Virus record (IMG/VR): IMGVR_UViG_2617270944_000006
DNA: 43,730 nucleotides
Direction: 5' to 3' (one strand)
Source of the DNA: a virus
Taxonomy: Duplodnaviria > Heunggongvirae > Uroviricota > Caudoviricetes
Shown: positions 35,714 through 43,730 of the stretch, piece by piece
Position numbering within the stretch: the stretch's first letter is position 1
Layout: each line of letters begins with the position of its first letter
Notes under the pieces: model-generated
Told to the model about the DNA's origin: nothing
The model's database searches: none
Seen by the model: the letters and a program-made list of their open reading frames with translations, nothing else
Program-made: the position numbers and the translations under genes

Positions 35714-36679
35714 TTATCCCCTGAAACCAGGCGGAATTTCTGTATCCGGTTCAGAAATATGATTCACACAACGCTGTACAGGTGAACGTCCCAAGCGGAT
35801 GACCAGTTCGTCCCATTTTTCGCGGAGTTTTGACGGGCTCATGATGTTTTTTACCCAGAATGGATCTCGCTGTACCCGACCAAACATTTCGCAAATTTGT
35901 CTGTGGCTTCTGCCATCCAGCATCCGCATTGTGCGCACGTCATTGGCCCAGGCTGTCCAGTTAGGCTCTTTTGGTCGCATGATCTCTCCATCGTCGCTGG
36001 CAGCCTGTTCGTAAAGGTTCACGATCCGTCCCCAAATCCACTGCGCACACGCCAAATCCTCCCTGCTACCCCACTGGCGTTTTTTCGCACTAAACACAAC
36101 CGCGTCGGGGTTCCGGATTAAAAAATCCTGTTCAGCGGTCTGCGGGTCCGGTTGCGAAGCTTCCGGACGAAAAGTGTTTTTATTCTCTGTAGTAATCTCT
36201 GTTGTATTCTCTGTAAGATCATCAGGCCATTTTGACCCGATGACATTGGGTCGTTTTGAACCAATGGAGCGTTTCATTTTGACCTCTTCCATCGTGTCAT
36301 TTTGACCTGATGGAGCGGCGCATTTTGAACCGATGGATTCGTTCAATTTGCCACCATCTAAAAGCTCGCTCCCATAGTTGATCGTGTAGAAATTGGTCAT
36401 ATCGCGCTTTGATTTATTGAGCTTTTCACAACGCAAAAGCCCCAGCGTTTTCAGACTTGCAAACGCGCGCTTTAACGTTGACTCTGACCAGAATGGGAAC
36501 TGTTCCAGCCATTGTTCCGTTGTGTTGTAAATCCAGCGAACACCATCACATTCCATGCCGGAATTGGTATCTCTCAACCAGTAATGCAGTTGTTGCAAAA
36601 CAATGGCTTCGTTTAAGCCAATTTTCATTGCCAGCTGCGTGTTTATAACCAGTGGGCGTTCAGCAAAAAGAAGGCTCAT
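35714..36679 (-). CDS. Replication initiator (lambda O-like, replisome organiser) with internal iteron array
   Basis: N-terminal HTH-like region; the central part is encoded by directly repeated DNA (protein repeats SIGSK..); sits after the cro-like dicC and a cII-position gene. The start is uncertain; the tracked ORF extends to a TTG at 36733. Confidence 0.65.
   Translation of the reverse strand: MSLLFAERPLVINTQLAMKIGLNEAIVLQQLHYWLRDTNSGMECDGVRWIYNTTEQWLEQFPFWSESTLKRAFASLKTLGLLRCEKLNKSKRDMTNFYTINYGSELLDGGKLNESIGSKCAAPSGQNDTMEEVKMKRSIGSKRPNVIGSKWPDDLTENTTEITTENKNTFRPEASQPDPQTAEQDFLIRNPDAVVFSAKKRQWGSREDLACAQWIWGRIVNLYEQAASDDGEIMRPKEPNWTAWANDVRTMRMLDGRSHRQICEMFGRVQRDPFWVKNIMSPSKLREKWDELVIRLGRSPVQRCVNHISEPDTEIPPGFRG
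36228..36350. repeat. Iteron array: 5-6 direct repeats of cattttgaMC(n)gatgg with roughly 23-24 bp spacing (candidate origin of replication)
   Basis: Direct repeats ttttgaccc, ttttgaacc, ttttgacct, ttttgacct, ttttgaacc at approximately 36230, 36254, 36277, 36300 and 36324. Confidence 0.65.
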
Positions 36680-37181
36680 AATTCCATCCAGCTTTTTGTT
36701 GGTATTGCTGTCGATACGCAAGCTTGAAAGCAATTGCTTTTTCTATAAGTTCGTCAGTTTCACGATCCACTACGGCAGGATCAGCAAAAAGCAGTCCGGA
36801 CTCCACCACATCGCCATATTCTTTGTTTAACCCGGCGATCATGCACGTGATGCTTTTTCCGTCAGTAATTTCACGATACAACCTGAAATCACTAATCCGG
36901 ATAGCCTCCATAATCGCAGGCACTAGCGCCGTGAACTTTTCACGCTTATCCCTGGTGTCGATAGCCTTCCAGCGTTCGAATATCTTCACTCGATTAACAC
37001 CAAGCGCTCGCTGATCAACCGCGCCACCTTCATCTGTGACACGCTGAACATCGATGTTCGGGCGCTCTTTCAAAGCCCAGAATGCTTCAGTGATTAATAT
37101 CGTCGCCTGCTCCTGTGTCATTCCTGGTCGACATATCCAGGCATCCAGAGCCTCACGAGCCTGTTCAGGAGTGATTTTCAT
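36660..37181 (-). CDS. Hypothetical early-right protein at the cII position (173 aa)
   Basis: ORF directly downstream of dicC, overlapping its 3' end; no family recognised. Confidence 0.45.
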   Translation of the reverse strand: MKITPEQAREALDAWICRPGMTQEQATILITEAFWALKERPNIDVQRVTDEGGAVDQRALGVNRVKIFERWKAIDTRDKREKFTALVPAIMEAIRISDFRLYREITDGKSITCMIAGLNKEYGDVVESGLLFADPAVVDRETDELIEKAIAFKLAYRQQYQQKAGWNYEPSFC

Positions 37182-37395
37182 TGTTCAACCGCCCCGCCCG
37201 CTTCGTCTTACGATATTCATCATAAACTTTGGGATCATACTGAAGCTCCCCGCCAGATGCCTCCTGTAGACGCATCGCGCGACCTTCAGGAACCAGTATC
37301 CCCCAAGCAGCAACACTTGCCAGCCTCACTCCTGCGGCATTGGCAAGCTTTGTTTTGCTGCCAAAAAAAGTAATTGCGTCAACTTTAAGCATCAA
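37165..37395 (-). CDS. dicC: Cro-like repressor DicC
   Basis: 76 aa, ...FGSKTKLANAAGVRLASVAAW...LVPEGRAMRLQEASGGELQYDPKVYDEYRK matches DicC as recalled; divergent from dicA. Confidence 0.8.
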   Translation of the reverse strand: MMLKVDAITFFGSKTKLANAAGVRLASVAAWGILVPEGRAMRLQEASGGELQYDPKVYDEYRKTKRAGRLNNENHS

Positions 37396-37405
37396 AGCCC
37401 CCTCT

Positions 37406-37423
37406 TGTTAGACTTTTCTAACA
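37406..37423. promoter_or_regulatory. Operator palindrome TGTTAGActtttTCTAACA in the dicC-dicA intergenic region
   Basis: Perfect inverted repeat TGTTAGA/TCTAACA between the divergent repressor genes. Confidence 0.65.
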
Positions 37424-37472
37424 TTATTGTGCGCGGGATACCTAAGTCAAGAAAAATTAGAATTACCTAACT

Positions 37473-37880
37473 ATGGATACAAGAACCCTGGGCCAGCGAG
37501 TTCTGGCGCGACGAAAAGAATTACGCTTAACACAACGAGAAGCCGCGCGCCTCGCTGGAGTTGCTCACGTCACAATTTCACAATGGGAAAGAGACGAAAC
37601 CCAGCCAGTCGGAAAACGATTGTTTGCTTTAGCGGATGCTCTGAAGTGCTCACCTACATGGCTAATGTTTGGTGACGAAGACAAGGCACCAGTGCCTGCA
37701 CAAGAACTTCATGTGGAAACAGAGCTAACTCCCAACCACAAAGAATTGATCGAATTATTCGATGCTCTTCCATCTTCCGAGCAGGAAGCCTTGCTGTCTG
37801 AAATGCGCGCAAGAGTAGAAAACTTCAACAAACTCTTCGAAGAAATGCTTAAAGCGCGTAAAAATAAATCAATAAAATAA
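37473..37880 (+). CDS. dicA: CI-like repressor DicA (XRE-family HTH)
   Basis: 135 aa; HTH LTQREAARLAGVAHVTISQWERDETQP and C-terminal ...CSPTWLMFGDEDK...EMRARVENFNKLFEEMLKAR match DicA as recalled. Confidence 0.85.
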   Translation: MDTRTLGQRVLARRKELRLTQREAARLAGVAHVTISQWERDETQPVGKRLFALADALKCSPTWLMFGDEDKAPVPAQELHVETELTPNHKELIELFDALPSSEQEALLSEMRARVENFNKLFEEMLKARKNKSIK

Positions 37881-37915
37881 CATTCTTTTCAAGTGATTAG
37901 TTGCGCCCACCCTTT

Positions 37916-37935
37916 TTGTTAGATCAATCTAACAA
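37916..37935. promoter_or_regulatory. Second operator palindrome TTGTTAGAtcaaTCTAACAA upstream of ydfA (dicB operon promoter region)
   Basis: Same half-sites as the dicA/dicC operator; an imperfect third copy (tgttaggttattctaaa) lies about 20 bp downstream. Confidence 0.65.
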
Positions 37936-38048
37936 AAAACACTTGCCTCTCATGTTAGGTTATTCTAAATTATTTTCCATCAAGACACCGCACGGTGTTC
38001 TCAGCAAACAGTTCCGCTACCCCGGCGTTAAGGGGAAATGAGGTCAGC

Positions 38049-38204
38049 ATGGATACTATCGATCTTGGCAACAGCGAATCTCTGGTATGTGGCGTGTTCC
38101 CCAACCAGGACGGTACGTTCACCGCGATGACGTATACCAAAAGCAAAACGTTTAAAACCGAAAATGGTGCCCGTCGCTGGCTGGAAAGAAACCCAGGTGA
38201 GTGA
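38049..38204 (+). CDS. ydfA: YdfA (DUF1391), 51 aa
   Basis: MDTIDLGNSESLVCGVFPNQDGTFTAMTYTKSKTFKTENGARRWLERNPGE; GAGG RBS. Confidence 0.8.
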   Translation: MDTIDLGNSESLVCGVFPNQDGTFTAMTYTKSKTFKTENGARRWLERNPGE

Positions 38205-38205
38205 T

Positions 38206-38334
38206 ATGGATTTCGACACAATCATGGAAAAGGCTTACGAAGAATACTTCGAAGGTCTTGCCGACGGCGAAGAAGCTCTCAGCTTCAACGAATTTAAACA
38301 GGCGCTTTCCAGTTCGGCAAAATCTAACGGCTGA
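38206..38334 (+). CDS. ydfB: YdfB, 42 aa
   Basis: Manual translation MDFDTIMEKAYEEYFEGLADGEEALSFNEFKQALSSSAKSNG; starts 1 nt after the ydfA stop; below the ORF-track size cutoff. Confidence 0.7.
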   Translation: MDFDTIMEKAYEEYFEGLADGEEALSFNEFKQALSSSAKSNG

Positions 38335-38363
38335 TAAGCGAAACAGCACCGCGAGGAATCAGT

Positions 38364-38582
38364 ATGCAGAAACGAGAACCCGTCATCATCGCGCCAGACT
38401 ATACCGATGATGAACTTTATGAGTGGATGCGCCAGAAAATTAATGCAGCGCAGGATTTGAAATGGGCCAATGAAACCAGGGCTAAGCAGGCTGAAAATCT
38501 GTCCGCTCTGGAGCAGGATATCACCAATCTGGAAAAAGCAGCGGCATTAAGCATTGCCAGAATGATTACATACCCGCGTTAG
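38364..38582 (+). CDS. ydfC: YdfC, 72 aa
   Basis: 72-aa ORF in the Qin ydfC position between ydfB and dicF; sequence identity not independently recalled. Confidence 0.75.
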   Translation: MQKREPVIIAPDYTDDELYEWMRQKINAAQDLKWANETRAKQAENLSALEQDITNLEKAAALSIARMITYPR

Positions 38583-38922
38583 TAGCTAATCAACAAAGCT
38601 AAGGTTAGTAATTAAGGAGTTCTCCACGGGTGAGGTGGAGTGTGTGCGCCGGACACGGGTGAGCATCCGGCACTGACAGTTTACTGAAAGGATATTTCCC
38701 TGAAAAGTCAGACCATAACGCGAAAGCGCACGGCGAGGTAGCTGGTTCATAGATAGCCTGTCGTTAAATTTTCGTCGACCGTGCGCTTCCGGTTGTGGCA
38801 ACCCGCGAAATGGCGCGGCGGTAAGTATGGCGGGGTTATTCCTTCCCCGTTGAGGACACCGGGTTGTCAGGTTGACCATACGCTTAAGTGACAACCCCGC
38901 TGCAACGCCCTCTGTTATCAAT

Positions 38923-38980
38923 TTTCTGGTGACGTTTGGCGGTATCAGTTTTACTCCGTGACTGCTCTGCCGCCCTTTTT
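38923..38980 (+). ncRNA. dicF: DicF small regulatory RNA (Hfq-dependent sRNA that represses ftsZ), including its terminator hairpin
   Basis: Sequence tttctggtgacgtttggcggtatcagttttactccgtgactgctctgccgccc followed by ttttt matches DicF as I recall it; located between ydfC and dicB. Confidence 0.85.
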
Positions 38981-39149
38981 AAAGTGAATTTTGTGATGTG
39001 GTGAATGCGGCTGAGCGCACGCGGAACAGATAAAACCAAAAACAGTGTTATGGGTGGATTCTCTGTATCCGGCGTTAATTGTTAACTGGTTAACGTCACC
39101 TGGAGGCACCAGGCACTGCATCACAAAATTCATTGTTGAGGACGCGATA

Positions 39150-39338
39150 ATGAAAACGTTATTACCAAACGTTAATACGTCTGAAGGTTGTTTTGAAATT
39201 GGTGTCACTATCAGTAACCCAGTATTTACTGAAGATGCCATTAACAAGAGAAAACAAGAACGGGAGCTATTAAATAAAATATGCATTGTTTCAATGCTGG
39301 CTCGTTTACGTCTGATGCCAAAAGGATGTGCACAATGA
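39150..39338 (+). CDS. dicB: Cell division inhibitor DicB (acts with MinC), 62 aa
   Basis: MKTLLPNVNTSEGCFEIGVTISNPVFTEDAINKRKQERELLNKICIVSMLARLRLMPKGCAQ. Confidence 0.85.
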   Translation: MKTLLPNVNTSEGCFEIGVTISNPVFTEDAINKRKQERELLNKICIVSMLARLRLMPKGCAQ

Positions 39339-39526
39339 ATTCAGCATTTGTGCTTGTTCTGACAGTTTTTCTTGTTTCCGGAGAGCCAGTTGATATTGCA
39401 GTCAGTGTGCACAGGACAATGCAGGAGTGTATGACTGCAGCAACCGAACAGAAAATTCCCGGTAACTGTTACCCGGTCGATAAAGTTATTCACCAGGATA
39501 ATATCGAAATCCCGGCAGGTCTTTAA
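39335..39526 (+). CDS. ydfD: YdfD small membrane lysis protein, 63 aa
   Basis: MNSAFVLVLTVFLVSGEPVDIAVSV...; ATGA overlap with the dicB stop; N-terminal TM helix. Confidence 0.7.
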   Translation: MNSAFVLVLTVFLVSGEPVDIAVSVHRTMQECMTAATEQKIPGNCYPVDKVIHQDNIEIPAGL

Positions 39527-39619
39527 AACAGTTCCGTAATAAATATCCGGTTTCATTCTTATATGCCAGCAATGGCAGGGATTTGTTCATCCTTAAATCT
39601 GTCATGAGGTTAAAACAAA

Positions 39620-42091
39620 ATGAGTAAAGTCTTTATTTGCGCCGCTATTCCTGACGAACTGGCAACAAGGGAAGAAGGCGCTGTGGCTGTAGCCACAGCC
39701 ATTGAAGCTGGCGACGAACGCCGTGCTCGAGCAAAATTTCACTGGCAGTTCCTGGAACATTATCCGGCTGCTCAGGACTGCGCTTATAAATTTATTGTCT
39801 GCGAGGATAAACCTGGCATACCCCGCCCTGCCCTCGATTCATGGGATGCTGAATATATGCAGGAAAACCGCTGGGATGAGGAGTCTGCTTCTTTTGTCCC
39901 GGTTGAGACTGAATCCGATCCGATGAACGTCACTTTTGACAAGCTGGCCCCTGAAGTACAGAACGCTGTCATGGTTAAGTTCGACACATGTGAAAACATC
40001 ACCGTTGATATGGTTATTAGCGCACAGGAATTGTTGCAGGAAGACATGGCAACATTCGACGGACATATCGTTGAAGCGTTGATGAAAATGCCAGAAGTTA
40101 ACGCCATGTATCCGGAGCTTAAGTTGCACGCCATTGGGTGGGTTAAGCATAAATGTATTCCTGGTGCTAAATGGCCCGAAATTCAGGCAGAGATGCGCAT
40201 CTGGAAAAAACGTCGCGAAGGTGAACGCAAGGAAACCGGAAAATACACGTCTGTTGTTGATCTCGCCCGCGCCAGAACCAATCAACAGTACACTGAAAAT
40301 TCAACAGGAAAAATCAACCCGGTCATTGCTGCCATTCATCGCGAATACAAGCAGACATGGAAAACACTGGATGACGAACTGGCCTACGCTCTCTGGCCTG
40401 GTGATGTGGATGCCGGAAACATTGACGGCAGCATCCATCGCTGGGCAAAAAAAGAAGTTATCGACAACGACCGCGAAGACTGGAAGCGTATCTCGGCATC
40501 AATGCGCAAACAGCCTGATGCCCTTCGCTACGACCGCCAGACTATTTTTGGCCTTGTCCGTGAGCGTCCGATCGACATTCACAAAGATCCCATAGCACTG
40601 AACAAATATATCTGCGAATACCTGACGACAAAGGGCGTGTTTGAGAATGAAGAAACAGACCTGGGCACTGTTGATGTTCTCCAGTCATCAGAAACACAAA
40701 CTGATGCAGTGGAAACTGAGGTATCTGATATCCCAAAAAATGAAACCGCGCCGGAAGCTGAACCATCTGTAGAGCGTGAGGGGCCGTTCTATTTCCTCTT
40801 CGCAGATAAGGACGGAGAAAAATACGGTCGCGCAAACAAACTTTCTGGTCTGGATAAGGCACTGGCTGCTGGCGCCACTGAAATCACAAAAGAAGAATAT
40901 TTTGCCCGAAAAAATGGCACATACACGGGCTTACCGCAAAATGTAGATACCGCTGAAGATTCAGAACAACCAGAGCCGATAAAAGTTACCGCTGACGAAG
41001 TAAACAAAATTATGCAGGCAGCCAATATCAGCCAGCCTGACGCCGATAAGTTGCTTGCTGCATCACGTGGTGAATTTGTTGAAGGGATTAGTGACCCGAA
41101 TGATCCGAAATGGGTTAAGGGGATCCAGACCCGCGATTCTGTGAACCAGAACCAGCATGAATCGGAACGGAACTACCAAAAAGCGGAACAAAACAGCACA
41201 AATGCGTTACAAAACGAGCCAGAAACGAAACAGCCTGAACCAGTGGCGCAACTGGAAGTGGAAAAAGTCTGCACCGCCTGCGGTCAGACCGGCGGCGGCA
41301 ACTGCCCTGATTGTGGCGCGGTGATGGGCGACGCAACATACCAGGAAACATTCGATGAAGAGTATCAGGTTGAAGTTCAGGAAGATGATCTGGAGGAAAT
41401 GGAAGGCGCTGAACATCCACACAAGGAGAACACTGGCGGCAATCAGCATCACAATAGCGATAATGAAACTGGCGAGACGGCAGATCACTCAATTAAGGTG
41501 AACGGTCATCACGAAATCACATCCACCAGCAGGACGTGTGACCATCTAATGATCGACCTTGAAACCATGGGAAAAAATCCTGATGCCCCGATCATCTCAA
41601 TAGGTGCAATATTTTTCGATCCGCAAACCGGAGATATGGGACCGGAATTTAGTAAGACTATCGATCTGGAAACTGCTGGCGGAGTCATTGATCGGGACAC
41701 CATTAAATGGTGGCTTAAGCAATCACGCGAAGCGCAATCTGCCATTATGACCGATGAAATCCCGTTAGATGATGCACTGTTACAATTGCGGGAATTTATC
41801 GACGAAAACTCCGGTGAATTTTTTGTTCAGGTTTGGGGAAATGGAGCCAACTTCGACAACACGATTTTGCGCCGTTCATACGAACGGCAGGGGATCCCCT
41901 GCCCGTGGCGTTACTACAACGATCGCGATGTACGCACAATCGTTGAGCTGGGGAAAGCCATAGACTTCGATGCCAGAACGGCTATTCCATTCGAAGGTGA
42001 GCGCCATAATGCACTTGATGACGCCCGTTACCAGGCAAAATACGTTTCAGTTATCTGGCAAAAACTGATCCCGAGTCAGGCTGATTCTTAA
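39620..42091 (+). CDS. Large early-left protein (823 aa): acidic N-terminal region of unknown function, CxxC-x10-CxxC zinc ribbon, C-terminal DnaQ-like DEDDh 3'-5' exonuclease domain (intact YdfE-like)
   Basis: C-terminal motifs MIDLETMG (Exo I), WGNGANFD (Exo II), HNALDDARYQ (Exo III, H-x4-D); zinc ribbon CTACGQTGGGNCPDCG; occupies the ydfE position between ydfD and xis/int. Confidence 0.65.
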   Translation: MSKVFICAAIPDELATREEGAVAVATAIEAGDERRARAKFHWQFLEHYPAAQDCAYKFIVCEDKPGIPRPALDSWDAEYMQENRWDEESASFVPVETESDPMNVTFDKLAPEVQNAVMVKFDTCENITVDMVISAQELLQEDMATFDGHIVEALMKMPEVNAMYPELKLHAIGWVKHKCIPGAKWPEIQAEMRIWKKRREGERKETGKYTSVVDLARARTNQQYTENSTGKINPVIAAIHREYKQTWKTLDDELAYALWPGDVDAGNIDGSIHRWAKKEVIDNDREDWKRISASMRKQPDALRYDRQTIFGLVRERPIDIHKDPIALNKYICEYLTTKGVFENEETDLGTVDVLQSSETQTDAVETEVSDIPKNETAPEAEPSVEREGPFYFLFADKDGEKYGRANKLSGLDKALAAGATEITKEEYFARKNGTYTGLPQNVDTAEDSEQPEPIKVTADEVNKIMQAANISQPDADKLLAASRGEFVEGISDPNDPKWVKGIQTRDSVNQNQHESERNYQKAEQNSTNALQNEPETKQPEPVAQLEVEKVCTACGQTGGGNCPDCGAVMGDATYQETFDEEYQVEVQEDDLEEMEGAEHPHKENTGGNQHHNSDNETGETADHSIKVNGHHEITSTSRTCDHLMIDLETMGKNPDAPIISIGAIFFDPQTGDMGPEFSKTIDLETAGGVIDRDTIKWWLKQSREAQSAIMTDEIPLDDALLQLREFIDENSGEFFVQVWGNGANFDNTILRRSYERQGIPCPWRYYNDRDVRTIVELGKAIDFDARTAIPFEGERHNALDDARYQAKYVSVIWQKLIPSQADS

Positions 42092-42163
42092 TGTTCAACT
42101 GTCGCCGGTTGTGACTGGTATTCTGCAACCGGCGCTCGTCTAATGTAAGAGATAAAGAAATCG

Positions 42164-42415
42164 ATGAGCGAAGTAATCATGATTGTCTCTCCCGGCAAAT
42201 GGGTATCCGAAGAGCAGTTAATTGCGCTGAAAGGAATAAAAAAAGGTACGTTAAAAAAGGCCCGGGAAAAATCGTTTATGGAAGGAAGGGAATATAAGCA
42301 TGTCGCTCATGACGGTATGCCATGGGATAACAGCCCATGCTTTTACAACCTGGAAGAAATTGATCGCTGGATTGAGCGCCAGGCATCAGCGAGACCAAGA
42401 CGTCATCTTACTTGA
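42164..42415 (+). CDS. Excisionase-like protein (Xis)
   Basis: 83-aa ORF immediately upstream of the integrase gene on the same strand. Confidence 0.55.
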   Translation: MSEVIMIVSPGKWVSEEQLIALKGIKKGTLKKAREKSFMEGREYKHVAHDGMPWDNSPCFYNLEEIDRWIERQASARPRRHLT

Positions 42416-42434
42416 CTAAAAGCCACACTAACTA

Positions 42435-43730
42435 ATGAGAGAAGTTGAAATGAAATATCCGACAGGCGTGGAAAACCATGGAGGGAAATTACGTATCTGG
42501 TTTGTTTATAAAGGCGTAAGAGTCAGGGAAAATCTGGGGGTTCCTGACACAGCAAAAAACAGGCGCGTTGCAGGTGAACTACGCGCCTCTGTTTGTTACG
42601 CAATAAAAACTGGTGTTTTCGACTATGCAAAACAGTTTCCCTCCTCACGCAATCTGGAAAAATTTGGTGAGGCCCGACAAGATTTAACCATAAAAGAACT
42701 GGCTGAAAAATTTCTGGCACTGAAAGAAACTGAAGTCGCAAAAACATCACTCAACACATACCGTGCCGTCATCAAAAATATCCTGAGCATAATCGGTGAA
42801 AAAAATCTTGCCTCATCGATTAATAAAGAAAAATTACTGGAGGTTCGTAAAGAGCTACTGACTGGATACCAGATCCCCAAAAGTAACTATATTGTTACAC
42901 AACCAGGGAGATCGGCTGTAACTGTAAATAATTACATGACAAATCTTAACGCCGTGTTCCAGTTTGGTGTTGATAACGGTTACTTGGCAGATAACCCGTT
43001 TAAGGGGATCTCGCCATTAAAGGAATCAAGAACCATTCCGGATCCTCTTTCGCGGGAGGAATTCATCCGTCTTATCGATGCGTGCAGAAATCAGCAAGCC
43101 AAAAATTTATGGTGTGTTTCTGTTTATACTGGCGTTCGCCCTGGTGAGCTGTGTGCACTTGGATGGGAGGACATAGATCTGAAAAATGGAACAATGATGA
43201 TCAGGAGAAATTTAGCAAAAGACCGTTTCACGGTACCAAAAACACAGGCGGGAACCAATCGGGTCATTCATCTTATTAAGCCAGCAATCGACGCTCTCCG
43301 GAGTCAGATGACATTAACGAGACTGAGCAAAGAGCATATCATTGATGTTCACCTCAGAGAGTATGGCAGAACAGAAAAACAAAAATGCACCTTTGTTTTT
43401 CAACCTGAAGTGTCAGCGAGAGTAAAAAATTATGGTGACCATTTTACCGTTGACTCAATAAGGCAGATGTGGGACGCAGCGATAAAACGTGCCGGACTCC
43501 GCCATCGAAAATCATATCAGTCGAGACATACTTATGCCTGCTGGTCGCTGACAGCTGGTGCTAACCCGGCATTTATAGCAAACCAGATGGGCCATGCAGA
43601 TGCGCAAATGGTATTTCAGGTATACGGAAAATGGATGTCTGAAAACAATAATGCACAGGTAGCTTTGTTAAATACACAGTTAAGCGAGTTTGCCCCAACC
43701 ATGCCCCATAACGAAGCAATGAAAAATTAA
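42435..43730 (+). CDS. Tyrosine site-specific recombinase (phage integrase)
   Basis: 431 aa; C-terminal catalytic region with conserved Arg, H-x-x-R (SRHTYACW) and Tyr (VYGKWM); the stop is the last codon in the window, so the attachment site lies beyond the window. Confidence 0.85.
   Translation: MREVEMKYPTGVENHGGKLRIWFVYKGVRVRENLGVPDTAKNRRVAGELRASVCYAIKTGVFDYAKQFPSSRNLEKFGEARQDLTIKELAEKFLALKETEVAKTSLNTYRAVIKNILSIIGEKNLASSINKEKLLEVRKELLTGYQIPKSNYIVTQPGRSAVTVNNYMTNLNAVFQFGVDNGYLADNPFKGISPLKESRTIPDPLSREEFIRLIDACRNQQAKNLWCVSVYTGVRPGELCALGWEDIDLKNGTMMIRRNLAKDRFTVPKTQAGTNRVIHLIKPAIDALRSQMTLTRLSKEHIIDVHLREYGRTEKQKCTFVFQPEVSARVKNYGDHFTVDSIRQMWDAAIKRAGLRHRKSYQSRHTYACWSLTAGANPAFIANQMGHADAQMVFQVYGKWMSENNNAQVALLNTQLSEFAPTMPHNEAMKN

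Noticed and set aside
36228-36350. Possible CRISPR array suggested by short direct repeats
   Set aside because: Repeats are about 23 bp apart without unique spacers of CRISPR size, lie inside a replication initiator gene and encode repeated peptide motifs; they are origin iterons.

Overview
This window is almost entirely one lambdoid prophage, read on the minus strand for its late genes, and it closely resembles an intact version of the E. coli Qin/DLP12-type element. All calls rest on reading the six-frame translations and the DNA by eye against remembered protein families; no database search or alignment was run. From left to right: a truncated tail fiber assembly gene, side tail fiber, lom, then the lambda-like tail genes J-I-K-L-M-H-T/G-V-U-Z, head genes (FII-like, DUF2190, ClpP-protease/capsid fusion, portal, W), terminase large and small subunits, and a probable cos region. 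Next come a small AT-rich module (GnsB-like, CspI-like cold-shock protein), the lysis cassette (Rz with embedded Rz1, SAR-type endolysin, YdfR-like, S21-like holin), and a cargo locus between Q and the holin (AraC-family regulator, DUF523/DUF1722 TudS-like protein, Blc-like lipocalin). An IS5 copy with TTAG target duplication sits just downstream of the Q antiterminator gene. Further right are a YdfU-like protein, a hok toxin with its terminator, small AT-rich ORFs, an O-like replication initiator containing iterons, the DicC/DicA immunity switch with operator palindromes, the ydfA-ydfB-ydfC-dicF-dicB-ydfD operon, an 823-aa protein with a C-terminal DEDDh exonuclease domain, and xis-int at the right edge. 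I found no CRISPR array, tRNA or rRNA. The most unusual points are the cargo locus with adjacent IS5, the 823-aa exonuclease fusion, an opposite-strand gene with its own terminator inside the lysis cassette, and a near-canonical G-T frameshift site. No recognisable defence system was identified.
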